From NCBI GenBank assembly GCA_038212275.1, contig JBBQUR010000001.1:96001-160000 (forward strand): a stretch of 64,000 nucleotides of DNA, read 5' to 3'. Each line of letters opens with the position of its first letter. Position 1 is the first letter of the stretch. Shown one piece after another: positions 53,532 to 63,611 of this stretch. The position numbers were made by a program, and so were the translations under genes. The notes below the pieces were generated by a model. That model saw only the letters and a program-made list of their open reading frames with translations. It had not been told where the DNA came from and searched no databases. The stretch comes from Planctomycetota bacterium (GTDB taxonomy: Bacteria > Planctomycetota > B15-G4).

Positions 53532-56266
53532 GCTCCGGGAGCGAACGGCGCGCGTCGGATGAATCGGTGTTCGAACGCAATCTGCGTGCCTTGTTGACCC
53601 GTTGCTACCAGCCTGCGAAGGCCGACCCCGCGTTCCGCGCACGCGCACGCGCCGCCTGTCTCGCAGCGGTCCTGCCGTCGGCGCGCGGGGCGCCGGACGT
53701 CCGCGTCGCCGGCGCCGACCGGCGGTCTGCGCGAGGCGAGCGCAGGCAGCTGCCGGGGTGGACGCGCGCTGCTGCGGCCCTCGCGGCGCTGCTGCTCGTC
53801 GCCGTCCCGGCCACGCTGTGGTGGATCTCCGAAGCTCGCGGTGACGGCCGCCGCGACGCGATCCTCGCGCGCGGTGAGGTCGCGGCGCGCTGCGGACCGT
53901 CCGAGCGCTGGCAGGCCTTCGGAGCGGACGAAAGCGACGGCCCGGACGACCGCGATGTCGCGCACGCCGTCCTGGCCTCCGGCTCTCTCCAGGTGGTCAC
54001 TCCCGCCGGGCTCGGACTCGATGTGGAGCTGCCGGATCTGCCGGCGGCGACGGGCGCCTGCATCGACCCCGCGAGCCGCGTCCGGCTCGAGCGCACCACT
54101 GGCCTGGAGGCCGAACTCGAGCAGGGCGGCTTGAGCCTGACATGCGCAAACTCGGGGCCGGCATGGACCCTTGCCACGCCGCAAGGAGCGCTGGAACTCA
54201 CGGACGGCTCGCTCACCGCGCGCGTGATCGGGGCGGAGGGCGGCGGCCCGGCGGGCGCCGTCTGGCTGCTGCTGGATGGAAGCGCCGCGCTGCGTGGTGC
54301 TTCCGGTGCACGGTCGCTGCCCTCGGGACGCGCGGTCTCGCTGAGACTCGGCGCGATCACGGCGTACGCCGCGGACGACGACGCACACGTTGCCGTCCAC
54401 CCCGGCCCCGGTTTCGTTCCGCCGTCCGTCGCGCGTCCTCCGGAGCCGCTGGATGCCGCGGAACTCGCCGGTGAACCGGGCAGCGCTGCGACGGCGGCGC
54501 TCCCGACGGCGAACCTCCCGGCGCCGCGCGTGCTCCAGGGCAGCGTGTTGAGCGGCGGCGCGCCGGTGACCTCGTTCGCCCTCGTGCTCGTGCCGCAGGA
54601 CGTGCCGCCTCGGGCCGAGGTCGAGCGCCTCGAGGTGTCCGCCGCGGATGGACGTTTCCGCTGGGCCGATGTCGCACCGGGGAACTACGTGCTTTTCGTC
54701 CTGGCTCCCGCGGCGCCTGCGTGGAAGCGAAGCGGCGTGGTGGTGACGGCGAGCGAGCCGCTGCAGCCGCTCGTCGTGGAGCTCGATGCGAACGGCGCCA
54801 TGGTGTCAGGCTTCGTGACGGACCGCGCGACGGGCGAACCGCTGGCCGGCGCCGTCGTGTTGAGCGAGACCGACGCACCGGCGCGCCTGCTTCCGCTGGA
54901 CGGCTCGCCGATGCCGGAACTCGTGACGGTGCTCGCCGTCACCGACGAGCTCGGCTTCTTCCAGCTGGACCGGCTCACCGCAGGGCAGCAGTTGCTGCGC
55001 GCCACGGCGAGCGGGCACGCGCCCGACTGGTCGGGCCCGCTCACGGTGCAGCCGGGCGAACACGCCGAAGGCCTGCTGTTCCGGCTGGCGCCGGAGGCGC
55101 GCGTGCGCGGCCATGTCCTCGGCGCCGATGGCTTGCCCTCGGTCGGCGCCATCCTGATCGGTTCGCCGCAGCCGGACACGCTGCGCCCCTGCGTGAGCTA
55201 CTCGTTTGCAGCGACCGGCGACGACGGCTCCTACATGCTCGGCAATCAACCCGCGGGCGCGGGCATCGTGATCCTGCTGGGCGATGACGAGGCGCGCGCG
55301 TCCGGCACGCCGCCGCGGATCCAGGCGACGAGTCTCTCGCCGGGAACGGATGCCGTCGTCGACTTCACGCTCGCGCCTGCCGTCGCGGAGGCAGCGGCTC
55401 TGCCTTCAGCTTCCGTCGCGGCGGCTGACGCCGGCTGCCGCCTGCGCGGCCGCGTGCTCGGACCCGATGGCGCCGCGGCGCCATCAGCCATGATTTCGCT
55501 CGTGCGCGAGGATGCTCCTGCCGCGAAGGCGTCGGAGCAGTGGGTCGGCGCGATGACCGCACCGGATGGCAGCTTCGATGTCCCCGGCCTCAGTCCCGGC
55601 ACGTGGGAACTCTTCATCGGCGACGGCGACGGCACGAGCCTCTGCCGCGTGTGCACGGTGGAGGTGCCTGCGGCCCGCGAACTGGTGCTCGACGTGTCCT
55701 TGACCGGAGGCTCGCTGGCCGGGCAGGCGACGAGCGAGGAGAGCGGGCAGCCCGTGAGCCGGGCGCTGCTCATCCTCATGCGGCGCGACGAGCCGAGCGG
55801 CCAGTGGTCATTCCACGGACGGCAGCTCGCGGATGCGTCGGGACGTTTTCGATTCGAGCACCTCGCTGCCGGCCGCTACGAGTTCACCGCGCACGACATG
55901 GACGGCGTGCTGGCCGCGAGCTCGAGCGGCGACGTGCTGCTCACGCAGGATCAGGATCTGGATGGCCTCGATGTCGCACTGCGGCTCGGCAGCGCCCTGC
56001 TCGTCCGGGTGACGGATGCACGCGGCGCGCCCGTGGCGGATGCGCTGGTGATCCTCACCGACGCGGCCGGCACGAGCCGGCAATTCGCCGCGTCGCCAAG
56101 GACCGGCGCGGAGGGCGTCCTGCGCTCGGCCGGCATGCCGCCCGGCCTCTGGCGGGTCGCCGTGAGCGCGCCACCGGAAGCAGGGCTCGTGCCGCGCGAG
56201 GTCTCGGTGGAGCTGCGCGTCGGAGAGGCTGAGGAACTGGAGCTCGTGCTGCCCGACGCCCGTTGA
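53528..56266 (+). CDS. Putative anti-sigma: N-terminal helix, TM, FecR-like region and multiple carboxypeptidase-regulatory-like repeats
   Basis: ATGA overlap with ECF2; TM 'AAAALAALLLVAVP'; 'LATPQGAL'; repeats ADGRFRW..PGNY, DGSFDVPGLSPGTW, GRFRFEHLAAGRY. Confidence 0.75.
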   Translation: MSSGSERRASDESVFERNLRALLTRCYQPAKADPAFRARARAACLAAVLPSARGAPDVRVAGADRRSARGERRQLPGWTRAAAALAALLLVAVPATLWWISEARGDGRRDAILARGEVAARCGPSERWQAFGADESDGPDDRDVAHAVLASGSLQVVTPAGLGLDVELPDLPAATGACIDPASRVRLERTTGLEAELEQGGLSLTCANSGPAWTLATPQGALELTDGSLTARVIGAEGGGPAGAVWLLLDGSAALRGASGARSLPSGRAVSLRLGAITAYAADDDAHVAVHPGPGFVPPSVARPPEPLDAAELAGEPGSAATAALPTANLPAPRVLQGSVLSGGAPVTSFALVLVPQDVPPRAEVERLEVSAADGRFRWADVAPGNYVLFVLAPAAPAWKRSGVVVTASEPLQPLVVELDANGAMVSGFVTDRATGEPLAGAVVLSETDAPARLLPLDGSPMPELVTVLAVTDELGFFQLDRLTAGQQLLRATASGHAPDWSGPLTVQPGEHAEGLLFRLAPEARVRGHVLGADGLPSVGAILIGSPQPDTLRPCVSYSFAATGDDGSYMLGNQPAGAGIVILLGDDEARASGTPPRIQATSLSPGTDAVVDFTLAPAVAEAAALPSASVAAADAGCRLRGRVLGPDGAAAPSAMISLVREDAPAAKASEQWVGAMTAPDGSFDVPGLSPGTWELFIGDGDGTSLCRVCTVEVPAARELVLDVSLTGGSLAGQATSEESGQPVSRALLILMRRDEPSGQWSFHGRQLADASGRFRFEHLAAGRYEFTAHDMDGVLAASSSGDVLLTQDQDLDGLDVALRLGSALLVRVTDARGAPVADALVILTDAAGTSRQFAASPRTGAEGVLRSAGMPPGLWRVAVSAPPEAGLVPREVSVELRVGEAEELELVLPDAR

Positions 56267-56299
56267 ATGGCGGCGCACGCTGCATTGCCCCTCGGCGGG

Positions 56300-56360
56300 G
56301 CGAGGTGGTCGCGAGGTGGTCGCGGGGTGGCCGCGAGTTGGCCGCGAGTTGGCCGCGAGT
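56300..56360. repeat. 11-bp tandem repeat, ~5.5 copies (GCGAGGTGGTC grading to GCGAGTTGGCC)
   Basis: Seen directly in the intergenic region. Confidence 0.8.
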
Positions 56361-56502
56361 GTCTCGTGCCGTCGCCGCGGAGAACGTTGCGCGAAGGATT
56401 CCTTCGGGAAGCGGCACCAAGAGATCGCGTGGTGCGGCAGGTGCCGACATCACTCTCGTCGCCAGCCACACGGCCGCGGATCGGCCGATCGGAGAGAACT
56501 GC

Positions 56503-57408
56503 ATGAAGCCCGTCCCGCAACTCGTGCTCACCGTCGTCGTCGCGGGACTCACGTCCGTGGCGGCCGTCACGCTGTTCGCTCCGCCGGATGCGACCGGCGT
56601 CGCAGCGAAGGGTGCATCGACCGACGCTCGCGTGGCCGCGCTGGAGACTTCGCTCGCGGCGCTGCAGTCCGGGCAACGCACGCTGGGGGCCAGCCTCGAC
56701 GGTGTCGCCCTGCGCCTTGCCGCGTCGGCGCCGCGTGACGGCGTTCAGCCGCTCGAGGATCTCGAAGCCACCGTGACGCGAGTGCTCGAACAGCGTGAAG
56801 CCGCGAAGCAGGCGGCCACGGCTCTTGCCGCCGCGAGCGCGGAGGGTGCCGCCGGGATGGACCTCGACGACGCTGTCGCCGCGCTGCTCGACCCGAACCT
56901 CGATGCCGCGGCGCGCACGGCGCTGTGGCAGAAGGTGCGCGAAGCCGGGCTGCTGGACGAAGTGCTGGCCGTGTACGAGGCCCGCGCGAAGGCCAACCCG
57001 AACGACCCGTCGGTGCAGGTCGAACTCGGCGAGGCCTACCTGCAGAAGATCTTCGAGGTGGGCAGCGGTCCGCTGGCCGGCGTGTGGGCCAACAAGGCGG
57101 ATGGCGCCTTCGATGCAGCCCTCGCGCTCGACGATCACAATTGGGAGGCGCGCTTCACCAAGGCCGTGTCGCTGTCCTTCTGGCCGCCGATCTTCGGCAA
57201 GCAGCCCGAGGCCATCTCCCACCTCAAGACGCTGCTGAGCCAGCAGGCAGGCCAGCCCAAGTCGCCGCAGTACGCGCAGACCTATCTGATGCTCGGCAAT
57301 CTCTATGCGCAGCAGGGGAACAGCGCCGAGGCGACCAGCATGTGGAAGCAGGGGCTCTCCGAGTATCCGAACGATGCGGCGCTGCTGGAGAAGACCGGGA
57401 CGCCGTGA
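56503..57408 (+). CDS. Membrane-anchored coiled-coil/TPR protein
   Basis: SD GGAGAG; N-terminal hydrophobic helix; TPRs (YLMLGNLYAQQGNSAEA...YP). Confidence 0.8.
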   Translation: MKPVPQLVLTVVVAGLTSVAAVTLFAPPDATGVAAKGASTDARVAALETSLAALQSGQRTLGASLDGVALRLAASAPRDGVQPLEDLEATVTRVLEQREAAKQAATALAAASAEGAAGMDLDDAVAALLDPNLDAAARTALWQKVREAGLLDEVLAVYEARAKANPNDPSVQVELGEAYLQKIFEVGSGPLAGVWANKADGAFDAALALDDHNWEARFTKAVSLSFWPPIFGKQPEAISHLKTLLSQQAGQPKSPQYAQTYLMLGNLYAQQGNSAEATSMWKQGLSEYPNDAALLEKTGTP

Positions 57409-57528
57409 GCGCCGACGTGCGGCGGGGCTGTGACGGATGCACTGCACGCCTACCGCATCCGGGGAGGCGCGGCTAGACTCCCGCGCATCACCTTCGACTC
57501 CTGCCGACTCTCCACGGTGCTGTTGCCG

Positions 57529-59673
57529 ATGTTCCTGCTCTCGCGGATGTCGCGCATTTCCTGCGCAGCCTTGTTCGTGGCCGCGACCTCGACCCCGGTC
57601 TCCGCCGCTCCCTTGATCCAGGGCCTGGTGACAGCTGCGGGCATCGAGCCCTCACGGCCTCCCAGCGTCGGCCACGTGGTGCAGGTGCTTCCCCCGGGCG
57701 CGTTCGAGTCCGTGCTTCCCGACGACACGGTGCTCTGGATCGGCGTGGATCACGTGGCCGGCCTCCGGCGCCACGCCGCGGCCTCCGCCGTCGGCCGGAT
57801 GCTGCAGGACCCGGCGATGGCACCGACGCTGGCATCGCTGATGCGCGAGTGCTCCGACATGAAGGCCCGGCTGCGTGAGGCACTCGGTGACGATCCGACG
57901 GAGTTGCTCGACTGGCTGGACGGCCCGGCGGCTCTGGCCATCACCATGCCGCGTGGCACGCAGGACGCGCCGGCGGAGAACGGGCCGCGGTCTGTTGCGG
58001 TGCTGCTGCTGGCGGATGTCGGCGAGCACCAGCGCGAAGTGGCGGCGCTGCTTTCGCGGCTGGTGGCGCGCCTCGCCGAGCGCGACAGTCGGCTGGAGGT
58101 CGGCGAGCGGATGTCGGGCGACGTTGCGCTGACCACGCTCGCGCCGTCGGCGTACGCCGGGAGCCCGCCTGGCGCCGATGACGACGCCGACGATCGGGCC
58201 GCCGACGCCGCAGACGACGCCGACGACGCCGCAGACGACGCCGCCGACGCCGCAGACGACGCCGCAGACGACGCCGCCGACGCCGCAGACGACGCCGCCG
58301 ACGCCGCCGACGCCGCAGATGCCGCAGATGCCGCCGACGCGGACGCGGACGCGGACGACGCGGACGACGCTGCGGGCGACGCCCACGCCGGCATGCCGGA
58401 AGGCCTCCTGAGTTACGGCTTCCGCGGCCCGCTCCTCGTCGCCTCGTTCGAGTGGGAACCGGGAGCACGGCACGCCCTGGACGATGTGCTGCTGGCGCTC
58501 GATGCCCCGTCGGCGCAGGCCCGGGGCCTCCCTCCGTCGCTCGCCTCGCGCGCGGACTTCGCGACTTCGCAGGCCAGCGTGCCTGGCGACGTGCGCTGCT
58601 GGGCCGACGCCGGCGGCTTCACACGGCTGATGCTCGAGCGCGAGGCGTCAGGCGATGCGCAGGGCGCAGAGTCGCGTCGAGTCCAGGAGGCGCTCGGCCT
58701 CCCTGAACTCGGCACGCTGTCGCAGAGCCTGCGCTGTGACGCCCATGGTTCGGACTGGTCGGCCGGCATGATCTGGGAGGGTCAGGGCTACGTCCCGCGC
58801 CTCATGCGGCTGCTGTGCCGGCCCGGCGAGACCCGCACGCTGGCCTGCATGCCCGAGGACTGCCGTTCGGCCGTCGTCGCACACGTGGATCTGCCAGGCC
58901 TGTTCGACACCGTCATCGACATGCTGCTCGACCTGCACGTCGCGAAGCCGTCGGACATCACGGATGTGCTGGCCCGGGCCGAGGGAATGCTCGGATTCAA
59001 TCCGCGAGAAGACCTGCTCGAGCTGTTCGACGGGGAGATCGGTTTCGTGACCGTGGGCACGGACCGCGAGGACGCGTTTCCGGGCACTGCACTCGATCCG
59101 TCCAATTTCGGCCTCCTGGTCGGCCTGGCGGACGGCGCGTCGCTGGCGACGCTCGTGGATGATGCGATCGACGCGAGCAGCCTGCGGGGTGCGCGCAAGC
59201 TCGAGAGCTTCGAGGGCGTGAGGATCGACCACATCACCCTGCTGCCGCCGCTGTCGCTGCACTACGCGATCCTCGGCGACGTGCTGCTCGCGTCGCACAG
59301 TGATGCCCTGCTCCACGAGATGCTGCGCCGGCACGAGCATCCCGAGCTTGGCTCGCTCGCGACGCTCCCGGCATTCCGGGAGGCGCTCGCCCGGCTGTCC
59401 GGGCCGCACGGCACGCTCGGCTACTCGGACACGGCGGCGGAGCTCGAGGGCCTCATCCGTTCCCTCAAGCTGCTGCCCGACTTCCTGAAAGGCATCGCGG
59501 CGGGCATGAACGCCTCGGATACGGACGACGTGCCATGGGCCGGCGGGATGGACTGGCTGACCTCGCTGCCGCTGCCCGAGCCGGCTCTCGTGCGGCAGTA
59601 CATCAACGTCCCGACGATCACCTCGATCACAGTGGACGAGCACGGTGCTCGGCTGCGCAGCCTCGGCCCCTGA
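57529..59673 (+). CDS. Hypothetical exported protein (DUF3352-like architecture) with an Asp/Ala repeat insert
   Basis: Signal-like N-terminus, 'VLPDDTVLWI', 'MPEDCRS', 'DLLELFDGEI'; start uncertain (57529 or 57547). Confidence 0.65.
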   Translation: MFLLSRMSRISCAALFVAATSTPVSAAPLIQGLVTAAGIEPSRPPSVGHVVQVLPPGAFESVLPDDTVLWIGVDHVAGLRRHAAASAVGRMLQDPAMAPTLASLMRECSDMKARLREALGDDPTELLDWLDGPAALAITMPRGTQDAPAENGPRSVAVLLLADVGEHQREVAALLSRLVARLAERDSRLEVGERMSGDVALTTLAPSAYAGSPPGADDDADDRAADAADDADDAADDAADAADDAADDAADAADDAADAADAADAADAADADADADDADDAAGDAHAGMPEGLLSYGFRGPLLVASFEWEPGARHALDDVLLALDAPSAQARGLPPSLASRADFATSQASVPGDVRCWADAGGFTRLMLEREASGDAQGAESRRVQEALGLPELGTLSQSLRCDAHGSDWSAGMIWEGQGYVPRLMRLLCRPGETRTLACMPEDCRSAVVAHVDLPGLFDTVIDMLLDLHVAKPSDITDVLARAEGMLGFNPREDLLELFDGEIGFVTVGTDREDAFPGTALDPSNFGLLVGLADGASLATLVDDAIDASSLRGARKLESFEGVRIDHITLLPPLSLHYAILGDVLLASHSDALLHEMLRRHEHPELGSLATLPAFREALARLSGPHGTLGYSDTAAELEGLIRSLKLLPDFLKGIAAGMNASDTDDVPWAGGMDWLTSLPLPEPALVRQYINVPTITSITVDEHGARLRSLGP
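58175..58372 (+). repeat. In-frame GAC/GCC/GCA minisatellite encoding a (D/A)n tract
   Basis: Repeated GACGCCGCAGACGACGCC-type units. Confidence 0.85.
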
Positions 59674-59722
59674 GCGACGCGGCGGCGCGCAGCGCATGCG
59701 CCGCGCGCCACGGCGTGTCGAC

Positions 59723-60697
59723 TCAGCCCTGGGCCTTCAGCGCCTTCACCGCGGCGGTGAGCCTGGGAACGATCTCGAAGGCGTCGCCCACGATGCCGTA
59801 GTCGGCGACCTTGAAGATGGGCGCCTCGGGGTCCTTGTTGATGGCGACGATGTACTTGGCCGTGCGCATGCCGGCGAGGTGCTGGATCGCACCGCTGATC
59901 GCGACCGCGATGTAGAGCTGCGGCGCCACGGTCTTGCCGGTCTGTCCGACCTGCTCGCCGTGCGGACGCCAGCCGGCATCGACGACGGCGCGCGAGGCGC
60001 CGACGGCTGCTCCGAGCGCGCCGGCCAGCTCCTCGATCATCGCGAAGTTCTCCGGCCCCTTCAGGCCGCGGCCACCGGACACGATGATGGCCGCCTCCGT
60101 GAGCTCTATCTTCTTCTGCGCGGACGCGATGACCTCCTTGAGGACGTCGCCGAGTCCCGTCGACGGGGGCGTCGCGGCCTCGCGCTCGAGGCTGCCCGCG
60201 GCCGGCGACTTCTGCGCCGAGAGTGCATTGGGGCGGATGCTGACGACCAGCAGGCCGTTCGCGCCGCTCACGTGCACGAGCGCCTTGCCGGCAAAGACCG
60301 GGCGCCGAGCGACGATCGCTCCGCCCTCGGAGCGCACGGCCACGCAGTCGCTGGCCATGGGGGCATCGAGCAGCGCGGCGATGCGCGGGCCGAGGTCCTT
60401 GCCCAGCGTGGTGTGCGCGAGCAGCACCGCAGCGGGGGACAGCTTGCGCGCAACGCCGGCGACGGCCGCAGCCCACGCCGTGCGATCGGTCGTGTCCGCA
60501 TCGAGCGCGATGACGCGCGCGGCGCCATGTTCGCCCAGTGCGGCGGAGGTCTGCTCGGCACCCTCGCCGGCCACGACCGCGACGGCCGTCGTGCCGTGCG
60601 CCGCCGCAAGCTGCGCGCCGGCCGTCATGGCCTGCAGCGCCGTGCTCTTCAACGCACCGCGCATCTGTTCCACGAGCACCAGGATCTCACCAGCCAC
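59723..60697 (-). CDS. etfA: Electron transfer flavoprotein alpha subunit
   Basis: [51 protein letters not shown] start after GAGGAG. Confidence 0.94.
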   Translation of the reverse strand: MAGEILVLVEQMRGALKSTALQAMTAGAQLAAAHGTTAVAVVAGEGAEQTSAALGEHGAARVIALDADTTDRTAWAAAVAGVARKLSPAAVLLAHTTLGKDLGPRIAALLDAPMASDCVAVRSEGGAIVARRPVFAGKALVHVSGANGLLVVSIRPNALSAQKSPAAGSLEREAATPPSTGLGDVLKEVIASAQKKIELTEAAIIVSGGRGLKGPENFAMIEELAGALGAAVGASRAVVDAGWRPHGEQVGQTGKTVAPQLYIAVAISGAIQHLAGMRTAKYIVAINKDPEAPIFKVADYGIVGDAFEIVPRLTAAVKALKAQG

Positions 60698-60753
60698 GTA
60701 TCGCTCCTCGCCGTTGCAGGGGGCACGCGCACCGGCGCGCGCCCCGCGGATGT

Positions 60754-61512
60754 TCAGATGACCTTGGCCTCGTGGCGCAGCAGGCGCACGAGTTCGTCCA
60801 CAGCTGCCGCATCGGTGCCCACGATGCGCCCGTCGGGACGCGCAGCGGGCAGTTCGAGACCGGCGACGTTCAGGCGCGCAGGAACAGGGCCCGCGTCGCG
60901 CTCGTCGAGCGGCTTCTTCTTGGCGGCCATGATGCCCTTGAGGTTGGCGTAGCGCGGCTCGTTGAGCCCCTTCTGGCAGGTGAAGACGGCCGGGAGCGTG
61001 ACCTCGTGGCGCTCCGTGGTGCCCTCGTCGCCGGCGCGTTCCACGGCCGCCTTGCCGTCCGCGACGGACAGCTTCACGATCTCCGTGACGCAGGGCATGC
61101 CCAGCAGGTGCGCCAGGAGCAATCCCACCTGGCCCTGGTCGTTGTCCACGGCCTGCTTGCCGCAGAGCACGAGGTCGGGCTTCAGTTCGCGGATGGCGGC
61201 GGCGAGAACGGTGGCGGTGGCCAGCGCATCGCGGCGGCTGGCCTCGGCGTCCTTCAGGAGCAGCGCGCGGTCGGCGCCCATCGCGAGGCAGGTCTTCAAC
61301 TCGCGCGCGGCGTCGGCGGGCCCCAGGGTCACGACGACGACCTCGCCCGAGCCCGCAGCCTCCTTGACCCGCAGCGCCGCCTCGACGGCGAACTCGTCGT
61401 AGGGATTGATGATCCACTCGACCTGTGCGGTGTCGATGGACGCACCGTCGGCGCCGACCTTGATGCGCGTGTCCGTGGAGGGGACGCGCTTGACGCAAGC
61501 CACGATCTTCAT
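60754..61512 (-). CDS. etfB: Electron transfer flavoprotein beta subunit
   Basis: [38 protein letters not shown]. Confidence 0.95.
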   Translation of the reverse strand: MKIVACVKRVPSTDTRIKVGADGASIDTAQVEWIINPYDEFAVEAALRVKEAAGSGEVVVVTLGPADAARELKTCLAMGADRALLLKDAEASRRDALATATVLAAAIRELKPDLVLCGKQAVDNDQGQVGLLLAHLLGMPCVTEIVKLSVADGKAAVERAGDEGTTERHEVTLPAVFTCQKGLNEPRYANLKGIMAAKKKPLDERDAGPVPARLNVAGLELPAARPDGRIVGTDAAAVDELVRLLRHEAKVI

Positions 61513-61682
61513 TGCCGTCCTGCCGGCCCCGCCAGGGGCGATCCGTGGAGAGCGCGCGACAGGAGCCGCGCGCCTCGCGAGTTCACGAAAAAATGGGTGC
61601 GTGACTCTAGGACATGCGGCGCGGCAGGTGCAAGGCAGGAGCGCCGGATCGATGCCGGGCCGCCGCCTCCCGGACGTTCACG

Positions 61683-62717
61683 TCACTCGGAGAGCGCGGG
61701 CAACGCGCCCGGGTGGTCGATGATCGCACCGAGGAAGGTCTCCACGATGTCGGCCGGGATGCGCTCGCCGGCCTCGCCGCGCAGCGTGCGCACGGCCTGC
61801 TCGAGCGGCATCGGCGCGCGATACGGGCGGCGCGACGTGATCGCCTCCCAGTAGTCCGCCACCTTCACCACGAAGGCTTCCACCGGGACCTGGTCGCCGG
61901 GCAGCCCGTCGGGATAGCCGTGGCCGTCGAGACTCTCGTGGTGCCAGCGGATGATGGGGCGCAGGCTCGCGAGGCTGCGGATCGGCGCGATGAGTTCGTC
62001 GCCCTGCACGGGATGAAACTTCATGATCCGGAACTCCTCGATGCTGAGCGCAGCGGGCTTGTTGAGGATCGCGTCGGGCGTGCCGATCTTTCCGATGTCG
62101 TGCAGCCGGCCGCCCAGCGCGATGCGCTCGACGCGCTCGGCATCGAAGCCCATCGCCTCCGCGAGCAGTCTCGAGAGGTCCGACACGCGCGTGCTGTGCC
62201 GCGCGGTGTAGCTGCTCTTGGCGTCGATCATCGTGGCCATCGCCACCAGGAACTGCTCGAGGTTCTCGAGATCCGCCGCGCGTCGCTCCTCGAGCTGCTG
62301 CAGCATGATCGCCTTCTGCGTGAGGTGCTTGCGCTCGACGGCGCGATGCAGCGCGGCCCGCAGCGCATCGAAGGCGAAGGGCTTGCGCAGGTAGTCGTAG
62401 GCGCCGCGCTTGAGCGCCTCGATGGCGGAGGCGAGATCGCTGTTTCCGGTCATGAGCAGCACGTCGAGGTCCGGGCGCCGCTCGCGCACTTCGGCCAGCA
62501 GGTCCAGGCCGTTGTCGCCGTTCTGCATGGTGATGTCGCTGAGCACCACGAGCACCTCGCGCGATGCGAGCAGCTCGCGCGCCTCGGCGAGCGTGGCTGC
62601 CGACAGCACGGTGTAGCCCTCGAGTTCCAGGAAGCGCGAGATCGACTTGCGCACGCCGTCGTCGTCGTCCACGACGAGCACCGCCGAGCGCTCCAGGCTG
62701 AGCCATTCTCCGGTCAT
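61683..62717 (-). CDS. Response regulator with HD-GYP phosphodiesterase domain
   Basis: REC (VVDDD, SDITM, KP); HSTRV, LHDIGKIG, HHE.LDG.GYPDGL. Confidence 0.92.
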   Translation of the reverse strand: MTGEWLSLERSAVLVVDDDDGVRKSISRFLELEGYTVLSAATLAEARELLASREVLVVLSDITMQNGDNGLDLLAEVRERRPDLDVLLMTGNSDLASAIEALKRGAYDYLRKPFAFDALRAALHRAVERKHLTQKAIMLQQLEERRAADLENLEQFLVAMATMIDAKSSYTARHSTRVSDLSRLLAEAMGFDAERVERIALGGRLHDIGKIGTPDAILNKPAALSIEEFRIMKFHPVQGDELIAPIRSLASLRPIIRWHHESLDGHGYPDGLPGDQVPVEAFVVKVADYWEAITSRRPYRAPMPLEQAVRTLRGEAGERIPADIVETFLGAIIDHPGALPALSE

Positions 62718-63484
62718 CGCTCTTCTGCCTCCGCGGAGGTGATCCGGCCGGTCGCAGCATCGGGCATGCTGAACCTCTGGCCGAGATAGACCTCCTTGAC
62801 CCCCGTGTCGTTGGCGAGCTCCGCGGCACTGCCATGCCGGAAGATCGCGCCCTCGTAGATGATGTAGGCCCTGTCCGTCGTGCCGAGCGTCTCGCGCACC
62901 GCATGATCCGTGATGAGCACGGCGATGCCGCGCTCACGCAGTCGGAAGAGCTGCTTCTGGATGTCCTCGACCGCGATCGGATCCACGCCCGAAAACGGCT
63001 CGTCGAGCAGGATGAGCCGCGGATCCAGCGCGAGCGTGCGGGCCAGTTCCAGGCGCCGCCGTTCGCCGCCCGAGAGGTTGAGCGCCTTGCTCCTGCGCAC
63101 GTGGCCGAGGCCGAACTCGTCGATGAGTTCATCGGCGCGGCTGCGGCGGTCCGCGGAGCCGACGCCGAGAGCCTCGAGCACCGCAAGGAGGTTCTCGCGC
63201 ACGGTCATGTGGCGGAAGATCGAGGGCTCCTGGCTGAGGTAGCCCATGCCGAGCCGCGCCCGGCGGAACATCGGCTCGCGGGTGATGTCCTGGTCGTCGA
63301 ACACCACGCGGCCGGCATCGGGCGGAATCATGCCGACTGTCATGCGGAAGCTCGTCGTCTTGCCCGCGCCGTTGGGCCCCAGCAGCCCGACGATCTCTCC
63401 CTCGTTCACCTCGAAGGACACTCCGCGCACCACGGTGCGGTCGCCGTAGGTCTTGACGAGTCCTTCGACCAGCAGCAGCGTCAT
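62714..63484 (-). CDS. lptB: LPS export ABC transporter ATP-binding protein
   Basis: GLLGPNGAGKTT, RARLGMGYL.QEPSIFR, LSGGERRRLE, DEPFSGVDP, ITDH.VRETL, VYLG. Confidence 0.93.
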   Translation of the reverse strand: MTLLLVEGLVKTYGDRTVVRGVSFEVNEGEIVGLLGPNGAGKTTSFRMTVGMIPPDAGRVVFDDQDITREPMFRRARLGMGYLSQEPSIFRHMTVRENLLAVLEALGVGSADRRSRADELIDEFGLGHVRRSKALNLSGGERRRLELARTLALDPRLILLDEPFSGVDPIAVEDIQKQLFRLRERGIAVLITDHAVRETLGTTDRAYIIYEGAIFRHGSAAELANDTGVKEVYLGQRFSMPDAATGRITSAEAEER

Positions 63485-63611
63485 CCGGAGCAATCCACGT
63501 GAGCGAGGCGGCCGCGGTGCACCGGCCGCGGACAGGGCGCAGTGTGCTCCGCCGGGCCGCTCGCTTCCACTGCCGGCGCCTTCCGCGGCGGTCGGCTTCG
63601 CCTGGAGCCGC

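Noticed and set aside
56300..56360. CRISPR array
   Set aside because: The units are 11 bp and contiguous, with no spacers and no cas genes
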